Positions 19,288 to 28,735 of a DNA stretch of 64,000 nt are shown here, one piece after another (the first letter of the stretch is position 1; the number at the start of each line of letters is the position of its first letter). Position numbers and translations under genes: made by a program. This stretch comes from Dehalococcoides mccartyi (GTDB taxonomy: Bacteria; Chloroflexota; Dehalococcoidia; UBA2979). The notes beneath the pieces are model-generated. The model was not told where the DNA came from. It searched no databases and was given only the letters and a program-made list of their open reading frames with translations. The DNA is taken from assembly GCA_945865925.1 (NCBI GenBank), contig CAMBFG010000001.1, positions 142,854 to 206,853 of the forward strand, written 5' to 3'.

Positions 19288-20389
19288 ATGAACCTGGGCC
19301 AGGGCCTTGTGATCGGGCGGATCCGCGGGATCGCGATCCGTGTGCACTGGTCGTGGCTCGCGGTCGCGGCCCTCATCTCCTGGTCACTCGCCACCGGCTT
19401 CTTTGCCGAGGAGTTCCAGTGGAGCGTGCCCAAGCGCTGGGCGTGGGCCATCGGCTGCGCGGTCGCCTTCTTCGTCTCTGTCCTGCTGCACGAACTGTCA
19501 CACGCCTTCGTCGCCCAGCGGTACGCGATGAAGGTGCCCTCGATCACCCTGTTCATCTTCGGCGGCGTCTCGAACATCGAGGGCGAGATGAAGACGCCCG
19601 GCCAGGAGTTCCGCGTCGCGATCGCTGGTCCTGGGGATCACGCTCGTCGCGGCAGGAAGCGCCACGAGTCACGATGTAGGCAAGGTGGCGCTCTACCTCG
19701 GCTTCGCGAACGTAACGCTCGGGCTGTTCAACCTGCTGCCCGGATTCCCCCTCGATGGTGGCCGGGTGTTCCGCTCGGCGGCGTGGGCGCGCACCGGTGA
19801 CCTTACCCGCGCGACGAGGATCGCGGCCGCCGTCGGCACCGGGATCGCGTGGATCATGATCGTGGGCGGCTCGCTGTGGCTGCTGTTCGTGGGGCTGGCG
19901 GGCGCCTGGTACGTGCTGATCGGCTACTTCCTGAAGTCAGCCTCGGAGTCCGCGCTGGGACAGGTGATCGCCGACCGCATGCTGGCGCCGCTCGTCGTGA
20001 GCGATGTGATGCGCGATCCGCCCGAGCCCGTCGACGCGGACACCTCGCTGCTCGCGATCATCGACGACCGCGTGGTGGCACGTGGAGAGCGCTGCATCTT
20101 GCTCTCGCGCGACGGCGCGGTCACCGGCCTGCTGACGGTGACCGACCTCATCCGAGTGCCCCGGGAACGCCTCGCCGAAACGCGGGCGTCCGAGATCATG
20201 GTGCCGGTCGCGGACGTGGTGACGGTGACACCGAAGACCTCCGTCAGCGAGGCGATGCGGCTGATGGTGGAGCGCGACCTGCACCAGTTGCCCGTCATCG
20301 AGGACGGGCGGCTGACCGGCATCATCGGGCGGGGCGACGTCCTGCAGCAGGTGGAAGCGCGCATGCGCTTCGGCCGGATCCCGAGTTAG
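19288..20389 (+). pseudogene. site-2 protease (M50) with tandem CBS domains, +1 frameshift in a G4 run
   Basis: Frame 1 (19288..) gives HELSHA (HExxH) ...VAIAGP. Frame 2 from ~19634 continues ...GITLVAAGS...NLLPGFPLDGGRV and two CBS domains. One extra base in CCTGGGG (19630-19636) splits the gene. Confidence 0.65.
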
Positions 20390-20395
20390 ACCCGG

Positions 20396-22612
20396 CTAAT
20401 CGTGTGAGACGGGCTCGAGGCGTGCGAACGACTGCAGGAGTTTCTTCACCCCCTGATCGGGGAACGCGACGGTGACCTGCTGATCGCCGCCCTGGAGCGC
20501 GACGGCAATCACCACCCCGACGCCAAACGTACCGTGCCGCACCCGGTCTCCCGGGGAGAACCCCGGCTGTGCCTCGAAGTCCTCTTCACGGCGGGCGGCG
20601 GCGGCAGCACGGAGCCCGCGAGGCGACATCGTGTCGCCGCGTCGCGCCTCGCCACCCGGGGCGGAGACCTCTTCGTTCGGGATATCCGCGAGGAAGCGCG
20701 AGGCGGGGTGCGCGCGGATCGAACCGTACATAAAGCGACGCCGTGCGCGCGTCAGGAACAGCCGGTCGCGGGCGCGTGTCATCCCGACGTAGCAGATGCG
20801 CCGCTCTTCCTCCATCTGCGTGCGGTCGGGCATCGCCTCGATGGCGCGGAAGTGAGGCAGCAACCCCTCCTCCATGCCCGCGATGAACACCACGGGGTAC
20901 TCGAGGCCCTTGGCGGCGTGGAGGGTGATCAGCGTGACGGCGTCTGGCGCTTCCGCCCCCGGGTCATCGATGTCTGAGACCAGTGCTACCTCTTCGAGGA
21001 ACGCCGACAGCGAGGCCTCACGCTCGACCTCCTCGTACTGGGCGGCGACGGCACGGAGTTCCTGCACGTTCTCCCAGCGCGTCTCCGCGTGGTCACGGTC
21101 GTGCTTCTCCAGGTACTCCTTGTAGTTGATCCGCGCGAGGACGCGGTCGAGAAGGTCGGCGACGGAGAGGTGCTCGCGCTCGCGGCTGACCGCGTCCATC
21201 AGGTCGAGGAAGACCGCGAGCGCCTGCCGCGATCGGAGGGCGAGTTTCGGGATCGCGCTCGACTCATCATCGCCTCGGACGGTGCGGTGGGCGGCGGCGA
21301 TCGGCGAGAGGCCGAGTTCGGCGGCACCCGCGACGACCTCACCAGCCGTCTTGTCGCCGATGCCGCGGTTCGGCACGTTCACGATGCGACGGAAGGCGAC
21401 GGTGTCGTACTCGTTGTGGATCAGGCGGAGGTAGGCGAGCAGGTCGCGGACCTCCGCGCGGTCGTAGAACCTCGTGCCACCCACGATGCGGTAGCGCACA
21501 CCACGGGCGAGGAACGCTTCCTCGATGGCGCGGGACTGTGCGTTCGTGCGGTACATCACGGCGACGCCCGCCGGCTTCACCTGCCCGCTGCGCACGAGTT
21601 TGTTGATCTCGCCCGCGATGAAGAGGCCTTCTTCTTCGCTGAAGTCGGCCTCGAACTCGATGACCTTGGAGCCCTCGGGGTTCTCGGTCCACAGACGCTT
21701 CTCCGGGCGGCCCTCGGCGCGCGCGATCACGGCGTGGGCGGCGCGCAGGATATGGCCGGTCGAGCGGTAGTTCTGCTCCAGCAGCACCGTGGTGGCGTCC
21801 GGGAAGTCCTCTTCGAAGTTGAGGATGTTGCGGATATCCGCCGCTCGCCACGAGTAGATCGACTGGTCGGGGTCGCCCACCACGGTCAGGTTGCGATGTG
21901 TCCCGGCGAGGATCCGCGCCAGCCGGAACTGCACGAGGTTGGTGTCCTGGAACTCGTCCACCAGCACGTGGAGGTAGCGCTCCGCGTACCGCTCGGCGAC
22001 CTCCGGGAAACCATCGAACAGTTCGAGGGTGCGCCCGAGGAGGTCGTCGAAGTCGACGGCGCCGGCGCGGCGTAGCGCGGCCTCGTACTTCGTGTACACG
22101 CGCGCGACGATCTCTTCGTAGTAAGAGTCGGCCTGACGCTGGAACTGCTCGGGGCCGCGCTGCTCGTTCTTCGCCGTCGAGATCGCGGAGAGCACGGCCC
22201 GCGGCGGAAAGCGCTTCGGGTCGATGTCCAGTTCGGACTCGATGCCGCGGATCAGCGACATCTGGTCGTCCGTGTCGTAGATGGCGAAGTCGCGCGAGAG
22301 GCCGATCGGCTCGCCGTCACGCCGGAGGATGCGCGCGCAGATCGAGTGGAACGTCCCCATCGCGAGTTCCGAGGCAGCCGAGCCGAGGAGGTCCTCGACA
22401 CGTTCGCGCATCTCGCGGGCGGCCTTGTTCGTGAACGTCACGGCCATGATCCGCCAGGGCGGGATGTGCTGCTCCTCGACGAGGAAGGCGATGCGGTGCG
22501 CGATGACGCGCGTCTTCCCCGACCCCGGCCCGGCGAGGATCATCAGGGGGCCGCCGGACGCCATGACGGCGCGGCGCTGGGCCTCGTTCAACAGATCGTG
22601 AGATGCGGGCAT
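20396..22612 (-). CDS. pcrA: ATP-dependent DNA helicase PcrA/UvrD
   Basis: GPGSGKT Walker A, UvrD helicase motifs, C-terminal Tudor-like tail. ATG at 22612 (M17 of the ORF). Confidence 0.9.
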   Translation of the reverse strand: MPASHDLLNEAQRRAVMASGGPLMILAGPGSGKTRVIAHRIAFLVEEQHIPPWRIMAVTFTNKAAREMRERVEDLLGSAASELAMGTFHSICARILRRDGEPIGLSRDFAIYDTDDQMSLIRGIESELDIDPKRFPPRAVLSAISTAKNEQRGPEQFQRQADSYYEEIVARVYTKYEAALRRAGAVDFDDLLGRTLELFDGFPEVAERYAERYLHVLVDEFQDTNLVQFRLARILAGTHRNLTVVGDPDQSIYSWRAADIRNILNFEEDFPDATTVLLEQNYRSTGHILRAAHAVIARAEGRPEKRLWTENPEGSKVIEFEADFSEEEGLFIAGEINKLVRSGQVKPAGVAVMYRTNAQSRAIEEAFLARGVRYRIVGGTRFYDRAEVRDLLAYLRLIHNEYDTVAFRRIVNVPNRGIGDKTAGEVVAGAAELGLSPIAAAHRTVRGDDESSAIPKLALRSRQALAVFLDLMDAVSREREHLSVADLLDRVLARINYKEYLEKHDRDHAETRWENVQELRAVAAQYEEVEREASLSAFLEEVALVSDIDDPGAEAPDAVTLITLHAAKGLEYPVVFIAGMEEGLLPHFRAIEAMPDRTQMEEERRICYVGMTRARDRLFLTRARRRFMYGSIRAHPASRFLADIPNEEVSAPGGEARRGDTMSPRGLRAAAAARREEDFEAQPGFSPGDRVRHGTFGVGVVIAVALQGGDQQVTVAFPDQGVKKLLQSFARLEPVSHD

Positions 22613-22729
22613 CCTGCGATTGTAGGCAGGCATCCGGTACACGGGCGCCGCCGTCCACACTCCTCTCCACGCTTCGTGAAACCTGCCGCGAACGCGTCCA
22701 CGAGGCTCGCGTGATAGCCTTCCTGCTGG

Positions 22730-23356
22730 GTGGAGGACGGAGTTCCGATGCTGGATCGAGGCCTCGCAACCAGTGTGCTGATCGGCTGGCCGGGCGGAAG
22801 CCTGGAGTCGGCGATCCGCCTCTTAGCGTTCCTGTTCGGCTCCTACTTCCTCATCATGTGGCTCGCCTCGATCGCCTGGGTGTACCGCGACGTGCGCCAG
22901 CGCACTGACGATATGGCGACGCAGATCGTCGCAATCGCCATCGCGGTGGTGTTCCCGATCGCCGGACTCCCGGTGTACCTCGTACTGCGCCCGCGCGAGA
23001 CGCTGCAGGACTCCTACGACCGGCAACTTGAGGAGAACGTGATCCTCACGGAACTCCACAACCAGAATGTCTGCCCCAACTGTCGTCGCCCAGCCCAGCC
23101 TGACTTCGTCGTGTGCGCGCACTGCGCAACGGCGCTGAAGCAGGCCTGCCAGCAGTGCGGCCGGCTGCTCCACGTGCAATGGCGACACTGCCCGTACTGC
23201 GCTGCACCGCGCGTCACCGCACGCCCCCGCAGCGAGATCGAGGGCGACCCGCCTCGGCTGCGTCGCACGGCCCCGGCCGCCGTCGTCGACGACGACGAGC
23301 CGCGCTCACGGGCGACTCGTGCCCAACGCTTCGACGAGGTGGACGAGCGGGACTAG
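22730..23356 (+). CDS. membrane protein with double zinc-ribbon (4x CxxC)
   Basis: Two TM helices then CPNC...CAHC...CQQC...CPYC. Confidence 0.55.
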   Translation: MEDGVPMLDRGLATSVLIGWPGGSLESAIRLLAFLFGSYFLIMWLASIAWVYRDVRQRTDDMATQIVAIAIAVVFPIAGLPVYLVLRPRETLQDSYDRQLEENVILTELHNQNVCPNCRRPAQPDFVVCAHCATALKQACQQCGRLLHVQWRHCPYCAAPRVTARPRSEIEGDPPRLRRTAPAAVVDDDEPRSRATRAQRFDEVDERD

Positions 23357-23377
23357 ACCTCGGATTCACCGGACAAC

Positions 23378-23408
23378 GAGAGAGGCCGCCCGATGGGCGG
23401 CCTCTCTG
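23378..23408. terminator. bidirectional terminator-like hairpin
   Basis: 13-bp stem GAGAGGCCGCCC/GGGCGGCCTCTCT with a 3-nt loop, between convergent stops at 23356 and 23428. Confidence 0.45.
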
Positions 23409-23427
23409 TAGGTGCGTCAGCCGAGGG

Positions 23428-24048
23428 CTAGCCTAGGGCTTCCTCGATGAGGGCGCGGATCTCGGAAGCCTGCGCGTCGCGCCAGCCCTCCGCGTACTCC
23501 CAGGTCGCCACGTTGTACTTCGCGCGGGCCTCTTCCCAGGCGGGGGTGTCGCGTTCGACGCCCGCGAGGATCTGGCGCAGGGCCGGCATCTCCGCGTTCG
23601 CCTTGTCGGCGCGCTCGATCCAGTGGCCCAGGTACTTGTGGTCGCGGTCGTACAGGACGATCGCCGGGATGGACTCGAACTCACCGTTCTTGAGGAACTC
23701 GGACATCATGTCTTTGTTCTCGTCGCGCTTGAAGTAGCGCACCTGCATGCCGGTCAGTTCGCCGATGCGCGCCATGGTCGGCAGGCCGCGCCAGACGTCC
23801 GGGCACCAGTCCTCGCCGATGACAGCGGCCTTCACGCCGTGCTTCTCGACGGCAGCCTTGATCGCGGCGAGGTCGCCGGCGTCCGGGAGCCACTCGTCGT
23901 AGTGGCGCTGGAAGTTCTCTTTGTTCAGCTCAATCGCGGCCATCCACGCCGTAAACGAGTCGAACCCCTTCGTGAAGCGGTCCGGCGTCACCACCGAGTC
24001 GGCCTTGGGAGCCTGTGCGCGGCGCGTGATGGTTGAAGTAGCGGTCAT
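23428..24048 (-). CDS. thioredoxin-like family protein (monothiol WCPDV motif)
   Basis: GEDWCPDVW at the thioredoxin active-site position with a single Cys. Confidence 0.55.
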   Translation of the reverse strand: MTATSTITRRAQAPKADSVVTPDRFTKGFDSFTAWMAAIELNKENFQRHYDEWLPDAGDLAAIKAAVEKHGVKAAVIGEDWCPDVWRGLPTMARIGELTGMQVRYFKRDENKDMMSEFLKNGEFESIPAIVLYDRDHKYLGHWIERADKANAEMPALRQILAGVERDTPAWEEARAKYNVATWEYAEGWRDAQASEIRALIEEALG

Positions 24049-24160
24049 CTCTCAGCCTTTCCACCCGTCACCCGGGTGCCTCGATCCAGTCGAGGGGTGC
24101 AATCTGACGGAATGCCGTCGGACGGAAGGGTAACACCGTTGCCCGTGGGCGCTGTAAAAA

Positions 24161-25198
24161 CTACTGCGCGCTCTCGCGACCACCGGCGACCGCGTCCCAG
24201 ACCGCCGCGTGCGTCCCCGCGTCCTGCGCTGCGACCTCGGCGTCCGAGGCCCGTGAAACAGTCTCCAGCGCCCGAAACGCCGAGGCGAACCGCTCCGAGG
24301 TCAGCCGCAGCGCCTCCTCGGCGTCCACATCGCGCTCACGCGCGAGGCGGACGGCGGCGAAGAGCAGCGCCCCCACGTCGCCGGCATCGAGAGCAGCGCG
24401 AGCAGCCTCGGTGGGTGGTGTCGACGATGGTGCGAGGCCGCCGGTGCCAGCACGACCGATCAGCGACTGGGTCCGCACCAGCGCCGGGGCCGCTAGCGGG
24501 ATCGAGTCGAGAGCGCCCTCTACCGGCGCGTCCTCGGACTCACCCTTCGCGGCGCGTTCGGCGCGCTTGATCGTCTCCCAGCGGTCGAGGAGCGCCTCCA
24601 TCGACCCGGCTTCCTCCTCGCCGAAGACGTGAGGGTGGCGGCGCACGAACTTCGCGGTCGCGTACTCCAGCACGTCTTCGAGGCTGAACGTGCCGGCCTG
24701 CTGCGCGAGCGCGGTCTGCATGAACATGTGCGCAAGCACGTCGCCCAGTTCCTCGCGCATACCGTCGGAGTCGCCCCGGTCGATGGCGTCGACGAGCTCG
24801 TAGGTCTCCTCGAGGAGATAGCGCCGAAGGCTCTCGGGGGTCTGTTCGCGATCCCACGGGCAGCCGTCCGGGGCGAAGAGCCGCTCCATCACCCCTCGCA
24901 GTCCAGCGAGGGCGCGCAGGTCCTCCTCCGGTGCGAGCGCGGGGAGCAGCCACGCCTCCGCATCGAGCGGCAGCGCGGCGACGGCACACGCCTCGACCGT
25001 GCCACCGCGCACCACACGCGCGGACTTCGAGGCCGCATAGCGGCGGCGGACCTCCGGGCGGGCCGCCTCGAATTGCGGCGGGAGCACGAGGAGCGGGCGC
25101 TGTGCGTCGAAGGTGGGGTGCTCGGGGTCGAACGCCTGCACGGCGTGCGGCGCGAGGTCGAGGGCCACGCAGATCGCGTCGAGTGAGAGGGCGGACAT
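24161..25198 (-). CDS. mazG: MazG-family nucleoside triphosphate pyrophosphohydrolase
   Basis: Tandem MazG EExxE-type helices (LLEETYELVDAI...EELGDVL and a second repeat). ATG at 25198. Confidence 0.8.
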   Translation of the reverse strand: MSALSLDAICVALDLAPHAVQAFDPEHPTFDAQRPLLVLPPQFEAARPEVRRRYAASKSARVVRGGTVEACAVAALPLDAEAWLLPALAPEEDLRALAGLRGVMERLFAPDGCPWDREQTPESLRRYLLEETYELVDAIDRGDSDGMREELGDVLAHMFMQTALAQQAGTFSLEDVLEYATAKFVRRHPHVFGEEEAGSMEALLDRWETIKRAERAAKGESEDAPVEGALDSIPLAAPALVRTQSLIGRAGTGGLAPSSTPPTEAARAALDAGDVGALLFAAVRLARERDVDAEEALRLTSERFASAFRALETVSRASDAEVAAQDAGTHAAVWDAVAGGRESAQ

Positions 25199-25231
25199 GC
25201 GTCGAGTATAGGCGGCGACTACGCTCGCCTC

Positions 25232-26086
25232 ATGGACACGAGACCCCTCGTCCTCCCCGACTTCGAGGCCTTCCCGCACGCTGTAGTGCTCGACCTGGAC
25301 GGCACGCTGCTCGACCCCGACGTCAAATTCCGACCTCGGAGCCGCGCAGCCGTCGAAGCATTGTTAGCGCGTGAGGTCCCGGTGATCGTCGCGACTGCGA
25401 GGCCGGTGCGGACGGTCCGGATGCTGCTCGGCGAGCCGCTGCTGGAACGCGTTGCCCTCGTGCAGATGAACGGCAGCGCGTTCCGGCACGCGGGGGGCTT
25501 GCATACCGCGGTCGCACCGTTTCCAGCAGAGATAGTGCGACGCATCGCCGCACTTGCCGCGGCCCACCTGCCGGCGGCTCGCGTGATCGCCGAGATCGAA
25601 GGGGACGCGTTCGGCTGCGACACTCCGCTCACGCCGGAAATGCTGTGGCAGACCAACTGGGCGACGCCAGACATGGTGATGCCCGTTCATGCGGCAGCCG
25701 ATCGAGGCGCCGCGAAGGTCGCGATCAACGGTCTCAACCAGGCCGTGGGCGACCTCGTGGCACGGATCCGCGAGGAGTTGGGTGAACACGTCGAGGTCAT
25801 CGCGGAAGGCAGCGGGACGTTCGCGAACGTGGTCCCTCGTGGGGTCTCCAAGCAGGCCTCGCTCCTGCGGCTGCTCGCGCATCCAGAACGTGCCGACCCG
25901 TGGCCGGGCATGCTCGCCTTTGGCGATGACATCGCTGATCTGGAGATGCTCCGACTCGCCGAGTGGGGCGTCGCGATGGCAAACGCGCATCCGGAGGTCC
26001 ACGCCGCCGCCCGTTACCGCACCCACTCCAATGCCGACGACGGCGTGGCGCACGTCATCGAGGGGCTGCTGGCACAGCATGGCTGA
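25232..26086 (+). CDS. HAD-IIB (Cof-type) hydrolase
   Basis: DLDGTLL motif I, Cof-like cap, C-terminal GDDIADLEM motif IV. Confidence 0.8.
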   Translation: MDTRPLVLPDFEAFPHAVVLDLDGTLLDPDVKFRPRSRAAVEALLAREVPVIVATARPVRTVRMLLGEPLLERVALVQMNGSAFRHAGGLHTAVAPFPAEIVRRIAALAAAHLPAARVIAEIEGDAFGCDTPLTPEMLWQTNWATPDMVMPVHAAADRGAAKVAINGLNQAVGDLVARIREELGEHVEVIAEGSGTFANVVPRGVSKQASLLRLLAHPERADPWPGMLAFGDDIADLEMLRLAEWGVAMANAHPEVHAAARYRTHSNADDGVAHVIEGLLAQHG

Positions 26087-26107
26087 TCGAGGCTCGGAGC
26101 AGGTCGG

Positions 26108-26875
26108 TTGCCTATACTGGGCAGCATGTCATTCGTCCGGTACTTCGCGCAGACGGTCTTCCTGATCTGCATCCCGATCTTCCTCGTGACGACGAACGTG
26201 CGTGTCGCCACCTCGTGGGAGGCGACGTACCACTACGCCTTCTCGCAGTACGACGTGCCCGGGGTGACGGGGCTCGAGCGGAGCGAACTCGACCGCGCGG
26301 CGACGCAGATCGTGGACTACTTCCAGTCCGCCCAGCCCGGCACGCTTCTCGACATCCGCGTGAAGCAGGGCACGGAGACCGCGCCGCTCTACAGCGAGCG
26401 CGAGGTGCTGCATATGGCCGACGTCCTGGGACTGATGCGCTTCGTCTTCCGCCTCCAGGAGTTCACGTTCATCTACGTGGTGATGTACCTGGCCGGGATC
26501 TATCTCTGGAGCCGCGAACGCTCGCTCCTCCACCTCGCCAAGATGTCGATGTGGGCGGGGGCGGGAACGGCGGCCGTCCTCGGCGTCGCCGCGGTCGCGA
26601 TGCTGGTGGGGTTCGATTCGCTGTTCCTGAAGTTCCACCAGTTGTCATTCGCCAACGACTTCTGGGCGCTCGATCCGGCACGTGACCGCCTCGTCCAGAT
26701 GTTCCCGCAGGGCTTCTGGTTCGACGTCTCCTTCGCCGTCGGCATCGTCACCGTGATCGAGGGCGGCCTCGTCTTCCTCGCGGGCTACGGCTTCCTCGCC
26801 TGGAACGACCGCCGCCGCCCCGGCCGCGTCGCCCCGCCCCAGCGGCACATCAGGATCACGGGGACGAGCGAGTAG
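26108..26875 (+). CDS. TIGR01906/DUF1461-family integral membrane protein
   Basis: Multi-TM protein with characteristic YxYAFSQYD and FHQLSFANDFW motifs. Confidence 0.6.
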   Translation: MPILGSMSFVRYFAQTVFLICIPIFLVTTNVRVATSWEATYHYAFSQYDVPGVTGLERSELDRAATQIVDYFQSAQPGTLLDIRVKQGTETAPLYSEREVLHMADVLGLMRFVFRLQEFTFIYVVMYLAGIYLWSRERSLLHLAKMSMWAGAGTAAVLGVAAVAMLVGFDSLFLKFHQLSFANDFWALDPARDRLVQMFPQGFWFDVSFAVGIVTVIEGGLVFLAGYGFLAWNDRRRPGRVAPPQRHIRITGTSE

Positions 26876-26885
26876 CGCGCATACG

Positions 26886-26912
26886 AAGACGCCCGGGAAA
26901 CCGGGCGTCTCG
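26886..26912. terminator. bidirectional terminator-like hairpin between convergent genes
   Basis: GACGCCCGG-GAAA-CCGGGCGTC, a perfect 9-bp stem with GNRA-like loop, between the 26875 (+) and 26931 (-) stops. Confidence 0.5.
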
Positions 26913-26930
26913 TTCGGCCTCGATGTCAGC

Positions 26931-27158
26931 CTAGAAGTCGAAGTCGTCCCCACCGTCGAGGAAGTCCTCGGGTTCGCCTTCGCCGGCGTAGGCGTCCGGG
27001 CGGACACCCTGCATGATGGCGATGCGGTTGACCTGGGCGCGCACGGCCTTCGTGGCCTTGCAGTGCGGGCAGACGGTCGCGTCGTCACGTTTCGCGACGC
27101 TGCGCATTAACTCGAACTTCTTCTGGCACTTCGCGCAGCGGTACTCGTAATTCGGCAT
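26931..27158 (-). CDS. FmdB-family zinc-ribbon protein
   Basis: MPNYEYRCAKCQKKFE...CPHC and an acidic tail. Canonical FmdB/CxxC_CxxC_SSSS architecture. Confidence 0.8.
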   Translation of the reverse strand: MPNYEYRCAKCQKKFELMRSVAKRDDATVCPHCKATKAVRAQVNRIAIMQGVRPDAYAGEGEPEDFLDGGDDFDF

Positions 27159-27202
27159 CGATCCCTCGGTCCTGTCGCCTGATCTCGATGTCGCCCCAGT
27201 GG

Positions 27203-28735
27203 CTAGTCCAGGTAATCCTTCAGTTTGCGCGAGCGCGTGGGGTGGCGGAGCTTCCGGAGCGCCTTCGCCTCGATCTGGCGGATGCGCTCGCGGGTGACGT
27301 TGAACTCGCGGCCGACCTCCTCCAGCGTGCGGGAGCGACCGTCTTCGAGGCCGAAGCGCAGTTCGAGCACCTTGCGCTCGCGGGGCGTGAGGGACGAGAG
27401 GACGTCCATCACCTGCTCCTTGAGCAACTGGTGGCTGGCGGCGTCCTGCGGCGCGAGCGCCGTCGGGTCCTCCAGGAAGTCACCGAGGTGGGAGTCCTCC
27501 TCCTCACCGATCGGCGTCTCCAGCGACACCGGCTCCTGCGAGACCTTCAGGATCTCGCGGACGCGCTCGGGCGGGAGCTCCAGTTCCTTGCCGATCTCCT
27601 CCGGCGTCGGCTCGCGACCGAACTCCTGGACGAGGCGGCGCTGGATGCGCACGAGTTTGTTGATCGTCTCCACCATGTGGACGGGGATGCGGATGGTCCG
27701 CGCCTGGTCCGCGATGGCCCTCGTGATCGCCTGCCGGATCCACCACGTCGCGTACGTGGAGAACTTGAAGCCCTTGCGATAGTCGAACTTCTCGACGGCT
27801 CGGATGAGGCCGATGTTGCCTTCCTGGATCAGGTCCAGCAGCGACATCCCGCGGCCGATGTACTTCTTCGCGACGGAGACGACGAGGCGCAGGTTGGCCT
27901 CGGTCAGCTGCCGCTCGGAGCGCTTGCCGTCGAAGATGATCTTCTGGAAGTAGTACTGCAGCCCGGAGCCGTGGGCCGTCATCATCTGCTCCGCCAGCGA
28001 CTTCGGCGGCGGGAACAACTTCGACTCCGACTCCACGAACTCAGCGGCGCGCAGCAGGTGCTCCGGCCGCATGATGTGGGTGATGATCGAGAGGCGGATC
28101 AGGGCGTCCTTCGCCCGCTCCTCGTCCCACTTCAGATCCTTGCGCACGGCCTCCAGGGCGCCCTCGTCACGCTCGCCGTCCAGCGTGCGGCGGAACTTCA
28201 CGTCCACGATCCGCTCGTGTACGGACTGCCGAGGCAGTTCGATGTAGCGGCTGACCGAGGCGTAGACGTCGCGCATGTGGTGGAACTGGCGGAGCAGTTC
28301 CACGTACACCTCACCCCAGGACGGCTCGTCACCGGTCTCGTCGCGGTACTCGTCGAGGATGTCCTCGATGTGCAGCCACTCCTCGATGGCGCGGGAGAGG
28401 CGCTTCTCGTCGTCCGCGGTGAGCAGCGAGACCTTACCGATCTCGCGCAGGTACATGCGGACGGGGTCATCGATGCCGGCGACTTCATCGACGAAGCGCT
28501 TGGTGGCCTCGTGGATGCCGCCTTCCTCGCGCGCGGCGATCGGATCCACCTTGACGGTGATCCCGTTCTCCGCGAGTTGCGAGATGATCGAGGCGAGTTT
28601 CTCCGCCGAGATCTCCGCGTCCGGGATCGCCTCCAACACGTCATCCGCGGTCACGGAACCGGAGCGGCGTCCCTTGTTCAGGAGCGCGTCCAGTCCGGCG
28701 TCCGCCAGCGTGGTCTCTTCAAATGCCTGTGTCAT
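27203..28735 (-). CDS. rpoD: RNA polymerase primary sigma factor (sigma-70 family)
   Basis: Regions 1.1 to 4 present, including [27 protein letters not shown] (region 2.4/3) and region 4.2 HTH. Confidence 0.95.
   Translation of the reverse strand: MTQAFEETTLADAGLDALLNKGRRSGSVTADDVLEAIPDAEISAEKLASIISQLAENGITVKVDPIAAREEGGIHEATKRFVDEVAGIDDPVRMYLREIGKVSLLTADDEKRLSRAIEEWLHIEDILDEYRDETGDEPSWGEVYVELLRQFHHMRDVYASVSRYIELPRQSVHERIVDVKFRRTLDGERDEGALEAVRKDLKWDEERAKDALIRLSIITHIMRPEHLLRAAEFVESESKLFPPPKSLAEQMMTAHGSGLQYYFQKIIFDGKRSERQLTEANLRLVVSVAKKYIGRGMSLLDLIQEGNIGLIRAVEKFDYRKGFKFSTYATWWIRQAITRAIADQARTIRIPVHMVETINKLVRIQRRLVQEFGREPTPEEIGKELELPPERVREILKVSQEPVSLETPIGEEEDSHLGDFLEDPTALAPQDAASHQLLKEQVMDVLSSLTPRERKVLELRFGLEDGRSRTLEEVGREFNVTRERIRQIEAKALRKLRHPTRSRKLKDYLD

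Noticed and set aside
16007-20389. Integrated prophage or genomic island at tRNA-Phe
   Set aside because: No integrase/recombinase, no phage structural genes and no repeat of the tRNA 3' end were seen. Only circumstantial signs (disrupted genes, non-core proteins) remain, and these are reported as a low-confidence finding instead.
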